The notes: a model not told the origin generated them from the sequence alone. A stretch of 64,000 nt of DNA from Alphaproteobacteria bacterium (GCA_965237415.1 CBDEFM010000002.1:1504001-1568000), one strand, 5' to 3'; positions 52,118-63,581 are shown, numbered from the stretch's first letter. Made by a program: numbers and translations.

Positions 52118-53511
52118 GGAGCTATAGCCGAATCTTGGTGACGGTTTGGGTCAGGCGGCGGCTTGAGGTTGTTGCCTGACGGCTTCGATTCCGTCGATGA
52201 ACTTTACGCCGACGATCAGCTTGGGCAACTGGTTGTGTCCGTCGAGGCGGCGCCAACTGTCCTGTGCCGCCTGGGCGAGTTTTAAGACCATGGCGAGCGC
52301 CGTCTTGTTGGAGAGGCATCCCTTGGATCGCACGGTACGGTGTCGCACGGTGGCGACTGTGCTTTCGATGGGGTTGGTGGTGCGCAGATGCTTCCAATGC
52401 TCGGCGGGAAAGTCGTAGAACGCCAGCATCGTCGCGCGATCCTTGACCAGGCAGGCGGCCGCCTTGTCGTATTTGACGGCGTCGGTCTCGATGAAGGCGT
52501 CGAAGGCGCTGTCTGCGTCGTTCCTGGTCTCGGCCATCCAGATTTCCTGGAGAGCACGCTTTGCCTTCGAGTGCTGGCTCTTGGGCAGCTTGTTGAGCAC
52601 GTTGGCGGTCTTGTGCATCCAACAGCGCTGGCTGCGGGTCCGGGGCCACACCTCCTCGATCGCCTTCCAGAAGCCGAGCGCGCCGTCGGCGATGGCGAGT
52701 TCGGGCGCGACCGCAAGCCCGCGCCGTTTGAGGTCAAGTAGCAGCTCGCGCCACGATTGGGCGCTCTCGCGCACCCCGTCGATGAGGCCTACGAGTTCCT
52801 TCTTACCCTCCGGCGTCGCGCCGATGATGACCAGCAGGCATTGCGCATCGTCCTCGAGCCGGGCCTGCACATGGATGCCGTCGGCCCAGAAGTAAACATA
52901 GTGCCTGGCCGACAGATCCCGCTTCAGCCAGTGCGCGTGCTGGTCCGCCCAAACCTCGGTGAGCCGCGCCACGGTCGAGGCCGACAGGCCGCCGGCGTCC
53001 GGCCCGAGCAAGGCCGCCAGCGCCACGGCGAAGTCGCCCGTGGAGATGCCCTTGAGGTAGAGCACGGGGATCGGGACTTCGAGGCTCGTCGAGCGCCGCG
53101 CATAAGGCGGCAGGAGCGCGGAGCTGAACCGGATGCGCTCGGCGCCCTGGCCCGTGCGGTCGCGAACGCGTGGCGCGCGAACCGCAACCGGGCCGATGCC
53201 GGTCATGATCTCGCGTTCGGGCAGGTGGCCGTGGCGCACCAGCCGTCGGCGGCCTTCTTCGGTGCGCGCCTCGGAGTGGCCATCAAGGAACCCGGCAACC
53301 TCCGCCTCGACCGCCCGCGCCAGCAGGGACCGGGCGCCGCTGCGCAGCACCTCGGTCAACGGATCGGAAAACGTCGATGGCTGGGAAAGCTTCAAAACGG
53401 TATTGTCACTCACGGCGTATCACTCCTTCGTTGGAGAAGTGGAGGCTCGATTACCCCCACGATACGCCGCCTTAACCCTTCACCCCGTCACCAACTTCTG
53501 GCCATAGCTCC
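52118..53511 (-). mobile_element. IS256-family insertion sequence
   Basis: IRs GGAGCTATAGCCGAATCTTGGTGACGG / CCGTCACCAACTTCTGGCCATAGCTCC; no matching TSD seen. Confidence 0.9.
52151..53413 (-). CDS. IS256-family transposase
   Basis: YLKGISTGDF, WADGI, IADGALGFW, QRCWMH, LRTTNPIES. Confidence 0.93.
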   Translation of the reverse strand: MSDNTVLKLSQPSTFSDPLTEVLRSGARSLLARAVEAEVAGFLDGHSEARTEEGRRRLVRHGHLPEREIMTGIGPVAVRAPRVRDRTGQGAERIRFSSALLPPYARRSTSLEVPIPVLYLKGISTGDFAVALAALLGPDAGGLSASTVARLTEVWADQHAHWLKRDLSARHYVYFWADGIHVQARLEDDAQCLLVIIGATPEGKKELVGLIDGVRESAQSWRELLLDLKRRGLAVAPELAIADGALGFWKAIEEVWPRTRSQRCWMHKTANVLNKLPKSQHSKAKRALQEIWMAETRNDADSAFDAFIETDAVKYDKAAACLVKDRATMLAFYDFPAEHWKHLRTTNPIESTVATVRHRTVRSKGCLSNKTALAMVLKLAQAAQDSWRRLDGHNQLPKLIVGVKFIDGIEAVRQQPQAAA

Positions 53512-53533
53512 GGCGCGATGCAGGGCAGGCGCA

Positions 53534-54823
53534 ATGACCGACATTAGCCTCTTCACGGCCATCGGTGCGGTGATCACCCTGGCCGCGGTGTTCGGCTATC
53601 TCAACCATCGCTTCCTCCGCCTGCCGCCGACGATTGGGGTCGTCGTTATCGCGCTCGTGGCGTCGCTCGGCACGAACGGGATCGATGCCGTCGTGCCCTC
53701 GCTCGGTATCGGCGGGGCAGTCCGCACCGCGATCCTCGGCATCGATTTCCACGAAGTGCTGATGAAGGGCATGCTGAGTTTCCTGCTCTTCGCCGGCGCG
53801 CTTCACGTCAACCTCGGGGATCTCCTAAGCCGCAAATGGGCAATCGGCTCGATGGCCACAGTCGGCGTCGTGCTCTCCACGTTGCTGGTGGGCTTGGCTG
53901 TCTACGGCATCACCCAAGCATTGGGCCTGCCCCTGGCGCTTATCTATTGCCTGGTATTCGGTGCCCTCATCGCGCCGACCGATTCGGTCGCCGTGTTGGG
54001 AATTCTCAAGACAGTCAAAGTGCCGTCATCGCTTCAGGCCAAAATCGCCGGCGAGAGCCTGTTCAACGACGGTGTCGGTATCGTGGTGTTCATCATCATG
54101 ACGGCTATCGCCGTCGGCAGCGCGCACGGCGGGAGCATCACGGCGCTCGACGTCGTGATCCTCTTCGTGCGGGAGACGCTTGGCGGCGCGGCTCTCGGGC
54201 TCGCCACCGGATTCCTCGCCTACTACGCAATGAAGTCGATCGACGATCACAACGTCGAGGTCATGATCACCCTCGCGCTGGTGATGGCGACCTATGGCAT
54301 CGCGAGTGCGCTCCATCTTTCCGGCCCGATCGCCGTCGTCCTGGCAGGGATCCTGATCGGCAACCGCGGCTCCCGGTTCGCGATGAGCGAGACCACGCGC
54401 GAACACGTGCACACGTTCTGGTCCGTACTCGACGAGATGATGAATGCGGCGCTCTTCCTCCTCATCGGCTTCGAGGTGGTGGCGCTCAGTCTTACCGGCG
54501 AGGTCGGTATCCTGATGGCGCTGGCGATCCCGATCGTGCTCGCGGCGCGCTTCGTCAGCGTCGGCACTCCGCTCACTCTGCTCGGCCTCCGGCGGGAATA
54601 CACCAAGGGCGCGATTCCGGTCCTCACCTGGGGCGGCCTTCGCGGCGGCATCTCGGTCGCGCTCGCCCTCTCACTCCCTGCCGGACCGGAGCGCGACATT
54701 ATCCTTGCCGTCACTTACGCGGCAGTGATCTTCTCCATTGTGGTCCAGGGCCTTACCGTGCGCGCGCTCGTCGAACGCGTGATCTCGCCGGACGTGACCA
54801 AGGCGGACGACAAACGACACTGA
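53534..54823 (+). CDS. CPA1 family Na+/H+ antiporter (NhaP-like)
   Basis: FLLFAGALHV, PTDSVAV, GESLFNDG, WGGLRGGISVALALSLP, SIVVQGLT. Confidence 0.92.
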   Translation: MTDISLFTAIGAVITLAAVFGYLNHRFLRLPPTIGVVVIALVASLGTNGIDAVVPSLGIGGAVRTAILGIDFHEVLMKGMLSFLLFAGALHVNLGDLLSRKWAIGSMATVGVVLSTLLVGLAVYGITQALGLPLALIYCLVFGALIAPTDSVAVLGILKTVKVPSSLQAKIAGESLFNDGVGIVVFIIMTAIAVGSAHGGSITALDVVILFVRETLGGAALGLATGFLAYYAMKSIDDHNVEVMITLALVMATYGIASALHLSGPIAVVLAGILIGNRGSRFAMSETTREHVHTFWSVLDEMMNAALFLLIGFEVVALSLTGEVGILMALAIPIVLAARFVSVGTPLTLLGLRREYTKGAIPVLTWGGLRGGISVALALSLPAGPERDIILAVTYAAVIFSIVVQGLTVRALVERVISPDVTKADDKRH

Positions 54824-54899
54824 GAGCGGTTTCTCGGCACGCTACAATACAGCACTCCCTCGCCCTTAATTGCGATGGGTGGCGCATCTGTGGACGCCT

Positions 54900-55844
54900 C
54901 TAGTCGCGAAACTCGCGAATTGCGCCGCGCTGCACCACCAGGCTCGCGAGCAGAACGATGGCGAGGCCGGGGACGGTCATCAGCGGCGGCGCGGGCTTGC
55001 CTGCGGCGAGGTCGATGAGGAGCACCAACGCCGGGAATCCGTAGCCGTAGGCCTGCACCCGCGTCGCGCCGAGGCGCAGCGTCGTGTACTGGGTGAGGAA
55101 GAAGGTGACGATCGTCGGCAGGATCGCGAGGTAGACGATGCCGCCCAGCACCACCGGCTCGACCTCGGACCAGTCGGTGCGCCAGAGCTTGACGTTGCTC
55201 GCCGCCACCAGCCAGATCGCTGCCGCCACCAGAGTCCAGAAGGTGAGCACCAGGACCGGCTCGTCCCGGTGCAGGCGCTTGATGAGCGGACCGTAGAGGC
55301 TGAAGCCGAAGCAGCCGGCGAAGAAAATCCCGTCGCCGATATTGACCTCGAGATCGATTAGGCGTGCCGGATCGCCCCGGAAGATGATCCAGAGCGCTCC
55401 GATCATGCCGAGGAAGAGAGCTACCAGCCGATGAGGGCCTAGCCGCTCGCCGACCAGCACCGCTCCGAACAGCGCGGAGAAGCCGGGCACGATCGTGAAC
55501 ACCGCGCTCGTGTTGAGTGCGCTGGTGTAGCGCAGCGCCTCGAACATGCACCAGAAGAAGAAGGCGAGCAGCGCGCCAAGCGTGAAATAGCGCACGAACG
55601 CTCTCGGCGGCGGCAGCCGCAACCCTTCGCGCCAGGCGACGATCGGCGCCATGAGGAGCGCCGCGAGCACAAAGCGGATGCACATCAACACCGCCGGATC
55701 GAGACCGTGGGTGATGTGCTCGCCCAGAGGAAACGATGTGGAGATGATAACGGTCAGCAGGAAGGCGAGCGCGTGCGCATGCGCCTGGCCCGTGCCCGCC
55801 GGCCCGCCTGGCCGTGGCACCGGCTGTGCAGCCTCCTTCGCCAT
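54900..55844 (-). CDS. DMT/EamA family exporter, probably SoxR-controlled
   Basis: About 10 TM segments, FEALRYTSALNT; downstream of the SoxR-type promoter. Confidence 0.85.
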   Translation of the reverse strand: MAKEAAQPVPRPGGPAGTGQAHAHALAFLLTVIISTSFPLGEHITHGLDPAVLMCIRFVLAALLMAPIVAWREGLRLPPPRAFVRYFTLGALLAFFFWCMFEALRYTSALNTSAVFTIVPGFSALFGAVLVGERLGPHRLVALFLGMIGALWIIFRGDPARLIDLEVNIGDGIFFAGCFGFSLYGPLIKRLHRDEPVLVLTFWTLVAAAIWLVAASNVKLWRTDWSEVEPVVLGGIVYLAILPTIVTFFLTQYTTLRLGATRVQAYGYGFPALVLLIDLAAGKPAPPLMTVPGLAIVLLASLVVQRGAIREFRD

Positions 55845-55884
55845 GTCTCACATTCTCCCCTGCGCCTCGGCCGAAACAGCCGCT

Positions 55885-55970
55885 TGTCGCTCGAACAGCG
55901 AGACGCCAAGCGCGTCCTCCAGTTTCTGAGTTCGTCGTGCGACGACCGATTGGCTCACCAGTAAGCACTG
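55885..55970 (-). pseudogene. LysR-type HTH remnant
   Basis: LLVSQSVVARRTQKLEDALGVSLFER matches the LysR HTH/wing; no full gene. Confidence 0.65.
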
Positions 55971-56223
55971 ACCCGCCTTCCCTCGGGAACAAGAACGGCG
56001 AGCAACGCCATACCGGCCACACCCACGACGGGCGCAGAGATGATCGCCCGTCGTGCCATGCAACCCTCCGCGCCGGAGCTGAGAATGGAGCCGATCGCCC
56101 AGCCACCGGTCATGGAGGCTGCCAAATGGCCCGCGATCAGTGGCGTCTGGGAGGTCCATGTCGGCGTCCTTCTTGCGTTTCACTGCCTCTGCCTGAGGCC
56201 ATTGCAAGGGCGAGCCGACATAG

Positions 56224-56254
56224 GTTATAGAACCTCAACCATTGTTGAGGTCAA
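56224..56254 (-). promoter_or_regulatory. SoxR box within a 19-bp-spacer promoter
   Basis: ACCTCAAC-CATT-GTTGAGGT palindrome (56232-56251); minus strand -35 TTGACC (56254-56249), 19-bp spacer, -10 TATAAC (56229-56224). Confidence 0.9.
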
Positions 56255-56266
56255 GGCATTTCTTCA

Positions 56267-56746
56267 ATGACCGGATACATCGATACGAAACGACCGCTGT
56301 CGGTTGGCGAAGTCGCCAGCAGGAGCGGCGTCGCCGTCTCGACGCTGCACTTCTATGAGCGAGAGGGTCTGATTGAGAGCTGGCGCACCAATGGCAACCA
56401 ACGGCGCTATAGCCGCGACGCGCTGCGCCGGATCGCAATCGTCCGCGTGGCCCAGCAAACCGGCGTGCCGCTTGCAGAGATCAGAGACGCGCTCGCCGCC
56501 GTCCCGTCGAAGCGAACCCCTGCAGCTGAGGACTGGCGGCGGTTGTCAACAATCTGGAAAGCGCGTTTGGAAGGAAGAATTCGGGCCCTGACCCAATTGC
56601 GGGATGAGCTGGAAGGGTGCATCGGCTGCGGGTGTCTTTCCATGACAGACTGTCCGCTACGCAATCCTGGCGACCGCCTTGGTCAGCACGGCTCCGGCCC
56701 GGTCCTTCTTCTTCAAAGTCGCAACACCGATGCCGAACTTTCGTAG
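56267..56746 (+). CDS. soxR: Redox-sensitive transcriptional activator SoxR
   Basis: [28 protein letters not shown]...CPLRNP. Confidence 0.96.
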   Translation: MTGYIDTKRPLSVGEVASRSGVAVSTLHFYEREGLIESWRTNGNQRRYSRDALRRIAIVRVAQQTGVPLAEIRDALAAVPSKRTPAAEDWRRLSTIWKARLEGRIRALTQLRDELEGCIGCGCLSMTDCPLRNPGDRLGQHGSGPVLLLQSRNTDAELS

Positions 56747-56766
56747 TCCGACACCCTGAAGGGTGA

Positions 56767-57897
<1,131 letters not shown>

Positions 57898-58023
57898 CAG
57901 ACAAGACAGTCGCTCACCCATCTCCATTTCCCCCTCCGTCGGAGTTTCCGTTCCACGCCGCATTCGTTCCATCGACCTCATGGGCTCCGCACGACCGGCG
58001 GACAATTCACCTCGGCGTCCTTT

Positions 58024-58360
58024 CGCGTCTGGGCGCTGATGACGACGAAGGAGACCTACCGGGATCCCGTGACGGCCTTCGCCTGAGCGGCTGGAGCCTA
58101 CCGGGATCACGTCGGGGATGTGAGCAGGACGGAGGACGGGTAAGGGCAAACAATCAATGATACGGGATCTGAAAAACCAGTTCTATGGACCGAGCACAAG
58201 AACTCACGGAGGCGATATTAGATCCGATCCGCGCATCTCCATACTGGCCCGCGGCGCATCAATGCCGCCCTATTGAGGCCGGTCATACGTCACAACCTGG
58301 CCACATGCCAAACCTACCTGACCGAAAAGCGCTTGCATCCGAAGGGGCGTCCACATACGT
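58024..58360 (+). mobile_element. IS1111-group (IS110 family) 3' remnant
   Basis: RVWALMTTKETYRDPVTAFA* transposase tail, then about 270 nt non-coding ending GCTTGCATCCGAAGGGGCGTCCACATAC, as recalled for IS1111-type right ends. Confidence 0.6.
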
Positions 58361-58425
58361 CCACAGATGCTCCACGCGATGCCTATGCCTCGGCGCGGCG
58401 GCAACCGCATGCGAAGGAGAGGTCA

Positions 58426-59374
58426 ATGACTGCCTGCAACGCTCGATACCGTTGCCGTCGTTGGCAACGGCCGCGTCGGCCACGGAATGGCCCAGATTTT
58501 CGCGGCTGCGGGCCACCGGGTCGTCATGATCGGCCGGCGCGAGGAGAGCCTCGCCGCAGCGACGGACAGGATTGCGAAGAGCCTCGCCGCCTTCGAAGCG
58601 CACGGGCTCGTCACTTCCGGCGAAGTGAGCGCCGCCCTTGGGCGCATCCGCGCCTCGACCGAACTCGAGGACGCGGCGGATGCGCAGCTCGTCCTCGAGG
58701 CGGTTCCGGCCGATCGGGCTGTCCAGGACGAGGTGTACGGGCGGCTGGACGCAATTTGCGCGCCGCCGGCGGTCTTCGCCTCCGGGAGCGGGCAGCCCGC
58801 GAGCGAGCTCGTGTCGAACGTCACGCACCGCGGGCGCGTGGTCGCCGCCCACTTCTGGTACCCGCCGCAGCTAATTCCCCTCGTCGAAGTCTGCGCCGGA
58901 CCGGAGAGCGACCCGGACGTGGCGCCGTGGCTCTGCGACGTCCTCCGGGCAGCGGGCAAGGAGCCGGTGATCGTCGACAAGGAGGTTCCGGGCTTCATCG
59001 GCAACCGGCTTCAGTACGCGATCCTGCGCGAGGCTTGGGCACTGTGGGCGGAGGGGGCGGCGTCGGCCGAGGCGATCGACACGGTGGTCAAGGCGTCCCT
59101 CGGGCGGCGTCTCGCGATCACCGGACCCATCGAGTCGGCCGACATCGGGGGCCTTGATACGCTGCACGCGTTCGGAGCGTACCTCATCCCGCACCTGAAG
59201 ACGGGTTCCCAACCCGCTTCGGCGGTTACCGAGCTGGTCGATGCGGGGCATCGCGGTCTGCCCTCGGGGCGGGGCGTATATGACTGGAGCGCTCGCGACG
59301 GCGCGGCGCTGCTCGAGCAACGCGAGGAGGAGCTGTTCCGTCACCTCGCCCGAGACAAGGCCGAGCACCGATAA
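58426..59374 (+). CDS. 3-hydroxyacyl-CoA dehydrogenase family protein (5' frameshift)
   Basis: VAVVGNGRVGHG, EAVP, AHFWYPP.LIPLVEV, PGFIGNRLQ; CTGC duplication at 58430-58437 puts the RBS-linked ATG out of frame. Confidence 0.85.
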
Positions 59375-59790
59375 CCGCGCGGCACCTCGAATGGGAGCTT
59401 ATGAGCGTAGATAATCGAGCCCCCTTGGTTTGTGTCCATGAACACGCCCCGTCATTGGACGGACGGGGCGGGATTCCGTGCTCTCCGATAACCTATTGTA
59501 GCTGTGTATCCTTTTGGGCCCTCTATTTCGTCAGCCCCACACCCCGCCCAACACAGCCAACCTGACCATAGGGGTCATCCCGGGCCGACTCCGCACCACA
59601 CCGTGATGCAGCCCGCAACGCGGATCTGGACTTCATGGCCATGCGCCGGGAGATCGTGGGTACCGCCACCGGCATCCTCGTCATCACGGCCGCGACGTCG
59701 TCCGGCCCGTCGAGCGAAACCTTACCCGCTCCAAACCCTTTGTCGGCAACGCGGTGACAAATGCAACCATTCGGGCGGCGGCGTAGCGCC

Positions 59791-60570
59791 TCACCCGTCG
59801 AAAATGGCGACCGCGCGGGTCCAGCCCGCCGAGGCGCCGCGGATCTTCACCGGGAAGCAGCACACCGTGAAGCCGTCGCCCGGCAGCACCTCCAGATTGT
59901 GCAGTTTCTCGAGATGGCAATAGCCGATGTCGCGACCGGCCTTGTGCCCTTCCCAGATGATCGAGGCATCGCGGTTCTCGGCATAGCGCTTGGCCGTGTG
60001 GCTAAAGGGCGCGTCCCAACTCCAGGCGTCGGTGCCGGTCAGGCGCACGCCGCGCTCGAGCAGACACATGGTGGCGTCGTAGCCCATCCCGCATCCGGCA
60101 TCGACATAGTCGTCATCGCCGTAGGCCGACCCGGCGCGGGTGTTGACCACGACGATATCCAGCGGCCGGAGGTCGTGGCCGATCCGCGTCAGTTCCGCGG
60201 CGACATCGTCGGCGGTCGCGACGTAGCCGTCGTCGAAATGGCGGAAGTCCAGTTTCACGCCGGGCTGCATGCACCAGTCGAGCGGCACTTCGTCGATGGT
60301 GATGGCGCGCTCGCCGCGGTTCATGGTCGAGGCGAAGTGATAGGGCGCATCGAGATGGGTGCCGTTATGGGTGATGAGCTGCACCATCTCCACCGCCCAG
60401 GCCTCGCCGTCGGGAAGATCCTCCTTCTTCAGGCCGGGGAAGAAGGGCGCCATCTGCTCGTAGGATTGATGGTGGTCGAAATAGGTGATCTTCGGGCTGT
60501 ATGGCTGCGGATCGGAGATCACATCATTCTCCAGCGGCATCGAGATATCGACAATCCTGCGTGTCATCAT
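59791..60570 (-). CDS. Cyclase-family (KynB-like) metal hydrolase
   Basis: HNGTHLDAPYH motif, GTDAWSWD, WEGH, HLEKL, GASAGWTRAVA. Confidence 0.9.
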   Translation of the reverse strand: MMTRRIVDISMPLENDVISDPQPYSPKITYFDHHQSYEQMAPFFPGLKKEDLPDGEAWAVEMVQLITHNGTHLDAPYHFASTMNRGERAITIDEVPLDWCMQPGVKLDFRHFDDGYVATADDVAAELTRIGHDLRPLDIVVVNTRAGSAYGDDDYVDAGCGMGYDATMCLLERGVRLTGTDAWSWDAPFSHTAKRYAENRDASIIWEGHKAGRDIGYCHLEKLHNLEVLPGDGFTVCCFPVKIRGASAGWTRAVAIFDG

Positions 60571-60597
60571 TCGGATCCTCCGGAGAAGCGGGCGGGC

Positions 60598-61923
60598 TCA
60601 GAGCAGCGCCAGGCTGAGCCAGGGAAAAAGGATGATCAGCAGCAGAACGACCAGCATGATCGCGGCGAAGGGCGCGGCGCCGGCAAAAATATCCCCGAGC
60701 CGGACCGACGGATCGTCCAGGGTGGATTTGATCACATAGACCGCGATGCCCAGCGGCGGGGTCAGCAGGCCGATTTCCACCGCGATCACCGTTACGATGC
60801 CGAACCAGACCAGGTCCACGCCGAAAGACTGGACGATCGGCAGGACCAGCGGCAGCACCACCAGCATGATCGAGGTGGAATCCAGGACGGTCCCCATGAC
60901 CAGGATCAGCACCACATAGAGTGCGATGAAGGCAGCGAAGCCGAGTTCCGCCGACTCCACCAGGCCGACCAGATGCTGCGGAATGCCGGCCAGGCCGAGC
61001 ATGCGCGTGTAGATGCTTGCCGCGATCAGCAGGAAGCAGATCGACACGGTGACGTGTCCGGTTTCGATCAGGACGCGCCAGTAGTCCTTCACGCCGGCCC
61101 GCGCCGCCCTTCTCCGCCCGCGGGCGAGGGCAAGCAGCAGGGCGCCCAGCGCACCGACCGCACCGGCTTCCGTCGGCGTGAAGAACCCGCCGTAAATCCC
61201 GCCGAGCACCAGAACGATCAGGCCGACGACCGGCGCCATCGACAAGTAGCCGACCGGCGGTCCGCCATCGGTGACACCGCCGGCCACAACCTTCGGCGCG
61301 CCGACGAAAGCGGGAAAGCGCGTCGCCAGCACGAATATCAGCAGCGCAAAGGCCAGGCTGAGCAGCAATCCCGGAATGATGCCCGCGATGAACAACGCCC
61401 CGATCGAGGTTTCGGCCAGAAACCCGTAGACGATGAGGAGAAGGCTGGGCGGAATCAGCATGCCGAGCACGCTCGAGCCGGCGACGACACCCGTCGCGAA
61501 CCGGGCCGTGTAGCCGAGCTTCAGCATCTCGGGGATGGCGACCTTGGTAAACACCGCGGCCGATGCGATGGAAATGCCGGTGATCGCCGCGAAGACCGCG
61601 TTCGCCGCCACGGTCGCCACCCCGAGACCGCCGGGGATCCGGCGCAGCGGGCGGTTCGCCACCTGGAACATGTCGCGACCGATACCCGACATGCTGATGA
61701 GCAGCCCCATCAAGACAAACAAGGGCACGACGCCGAAAATATGGTTGGCGATGGCGTCATAGGCCGAGAGCGCCAGGAACTTGGTCGCGAGCACGAAATT
61801 GTCCCGCATCAGCCAGACGCCGACGACCGACAGCAGGGAAAGCGCCACGCCGACATGCATGCCCAGCCAGATCAGCAGCAGCATGGCGGCCAGCATGATC
61901 CAGCCGATATCCAGCGCCGTCAC
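60598..61923 (-). CDS. dctM: TRAP transporter large permease DctM
   Basis: VPLFVLMG, LGMLIPPS, GFFTPTEAGA, EIGLLTPPLG. Confidence 0.92.
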   Translation of the reverse strand: MTALDIGWIMLAAMLLLIWLGMHVGVALSLLSVVGVWLMRDNFVLATKFLALSAYDAIANHIFGVVPLFVLMGLLISMSGIGRDMFQVANRPLRRIPGGLGVATVAANAVFAAITGISIASAAVFTKVAIPEMLKLGYTARFATGVVAGSSVLGMLIPPSLLLIVYGFLAETSIGALFIAGIIPGLLLSLAFALLIFVLATRFPAFVGAPKVVAGGVTDGGPPVGYLSMAPVVGLIVLVLGGIYGGFFTPTEAGAVGALGALLLALARGRRRAARAGVKDYWRVLIETGHVTVSICFLLIAASIYTRMLGLAGIPQHLVGLVESAELGFAAFIALYVVLILVMGTVLDSTSIMLVVLPLVLPIVQSFGVDLVWFGIVTVIAVEIGLLTPPLGIAVYVIKSTLDDPSVRLGDIFAGAAPFAAIMLVVLLLIILFPWLSLALL

Positions 61924-62483
61924 GGCAGACTCCGCCGGAAGGCACGGCTGGCGGCGCGGCCCGTGAGCGCAAGGAAGGTGAGGCCGGTCGCGCCGCTGCC
62001 AATCAGGATGATCAGCCGGACGGGCCAGGTCGGTGCGGTGAAATCGCCGAGGGCGCCGACATAGTCCCCTTCGTCGAACGCGCGCCGGAAGTAGGGCAGG
62101 CTCGCCCAGAACAGGACCGCCATGACAGCAGCTCCGGCAAGATGGAACAGCGCGTCCAGGCCGTGGCCGATCGCTGGCTGCGCCCGCATCAGCCGGCCGA
62201 GCAGCGCATCGGAACGGGTGATCCGCCCGGACCACAGCGTGTGCGCGAGCTGGAGAAAAACGATCCCGACGATCGAAAGTGCGACCAGCTCGGGCACGCC
62301 GCGAATTGGGGCCGTCAATGCCTCTCGCGAGATGACGTCGGCATTGATCAGCACCATCAGGGCGGCGATCCACACGCCGCCCAACGCGTTCAGTACGACG
62401 ATCGCGCGCAACAGGCCGCGTGCGACCCGGTCCGCAGCTCTGCTTCCCGTGCCTCCCGGCGGCGGCCGACCCTCCGGGGCCAT
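61920..62483 (-). CDS. dctQ: TRAP transporter small permease DctQ
   Basis: Four TM segments, NADVISR, PIRGVPEL, PTWP. Confidence 0.85.
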   Translation of the reverse strand: MAPEGRPPPGGTGSRAADRVARGLLRAIVVLNALGGVWIAALMVLINADVISREALTAPIRGVPELVALSIVGIVFLQLAHTLWSGRITRSDALLGRLMRAQPAIGHGLDALFHLAGAAVMAVLFWASLPYFRRAFDEGDYVGALGDFTAPTWPVRLIILIGSGATGLTFLALTGRAASRAFRRSLP

Positions 62484-62504
62484 CGTCCCCCTGTTGGCCC
62501 CCGG

Positions 62505-63581
62505 CTATTCGGCCGACCAGTCGCGCGGGATATCGGCGCCAGCCCCCTTGAGCTTGTCGATAAAGCCTTTCAGCACCGCGTTGCCCGGCACGCCCTTCTC
62601 CTCCAGCCCGGCCGCCCACAACTGTGCGACGTTCGGAATGGCCTCTGCCCATTGCTTGCGCAGCGCCGGATCAATGGCGACCCGCTCGGCCCCGGCCTCG
62701 ACCATGCGCTCTTCCAGCGCTGCCGCGGCGCCGCCCTGGGCCGCGGCGAAACGCTTGCCGTATTCAGCGCTGACGTCCGTAAGGACAGACTGCACTTCCG
62801 CCGGCATGCCGTTCCAGGCGTCCAGGTTGACCGACAGGCCTCCGGCAAACTGGGCGCCGAAGTTGCACTTGTTGATGTAGGGCGCGACCTCGAACACCTT
62901 GGAGCCCCAGGCTCCTGTGGTGAACACCACAACGCCGTCCGCAACGCCGGTGCTGATATCGTTGTAGTAGGTCTGCAGATTGCCGGCGACGGCAACCGCG
63001 CCGGTTCCCTTGATCCAGTTTGCCGCCGGTCCCGGCGCGAGGATCTTCTTGCCGTTCAGGTCGTCCAGGCTGTTGATCGGGAACTTGGCCCACAAATGGT
63101 AGGTGTCCAGCGCCGCCCCGGCCAGATAGCGCTGGTTGCGCGCCTTCCAGGCCTCGCCCATCGCCGGGATCTCTTGCTGCAGGGCCCCGATCGCGCCGGT
63201 CACGGTGCCGATGTCGGCTGAGCCGAACGGGCAAACATAGCTGACGTTCTGCAAGGGCATCTTGGCGGCTTCGAAGATAGTGCCGACAAAGCCCATCTCG
63301 ACCAGGCCTTCCTCGATCGCTTCCAGGACGCCGCCGATCTTGGCGATCGTGCCGCCGTAACCCTGGGTCCAGGCGATGCTGTGCGCGCCGGCGGCCTTCA
63401 GACGTTCATCCACCTCCGGGATGAAATAGTCCTGCAGCAGCTTGACCCACAGGAAGTGCTGCGGGTGGCCGGCCGCGACGGTAATTTTGAACGCGGCACC
63501 CCAGGAGGGCGTCGCCGTGACGGTAACCGCGCCGGCAGCGACGGCCGCCGCCAGCAATTGTCGTCTCGATATGCGTTCCAT
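62505..63581 (-). CDS. dctP: TRAP substrate-binding protein DctP (Tat signal)
   Basis: SRRQLL twin-arginine leader; YFIPEVD, YGGTI, DLNGKKI, GVADG. Confidence 0.9.
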   Translation of the reverse strand: MERISRRQLLAAAVAAGAVTVTATPSWGAAFKITVAAGHPQHFLWVKLLQDYFIPEVDERLKAAGAHSIAWTQGYGGTIAKIGGVLEAIEEGLVEMGFVGTIFEAAKMPLQNVSYVCPFGSADIGTVTGAIGALQQEIPAMGEAWKARNQRYLAGAALDTYHLWAKFPINSLDDLNGKKILAPGPAANWIKGTGAVAVAGNLQTYYNDISTGVADGVVVFTTGAWGSKVFEVAPYINKCNFGAQFAGGLSVNLDAWNGMPAEVQSVLTDVSAEYGKRFAAAQGGAAAALEERMVEAGAERVAIDPALRKQWAEAIPNVAQLWAAGLEEKGVPGNAVLKGFIDKLKGAGADIPRDWSAE

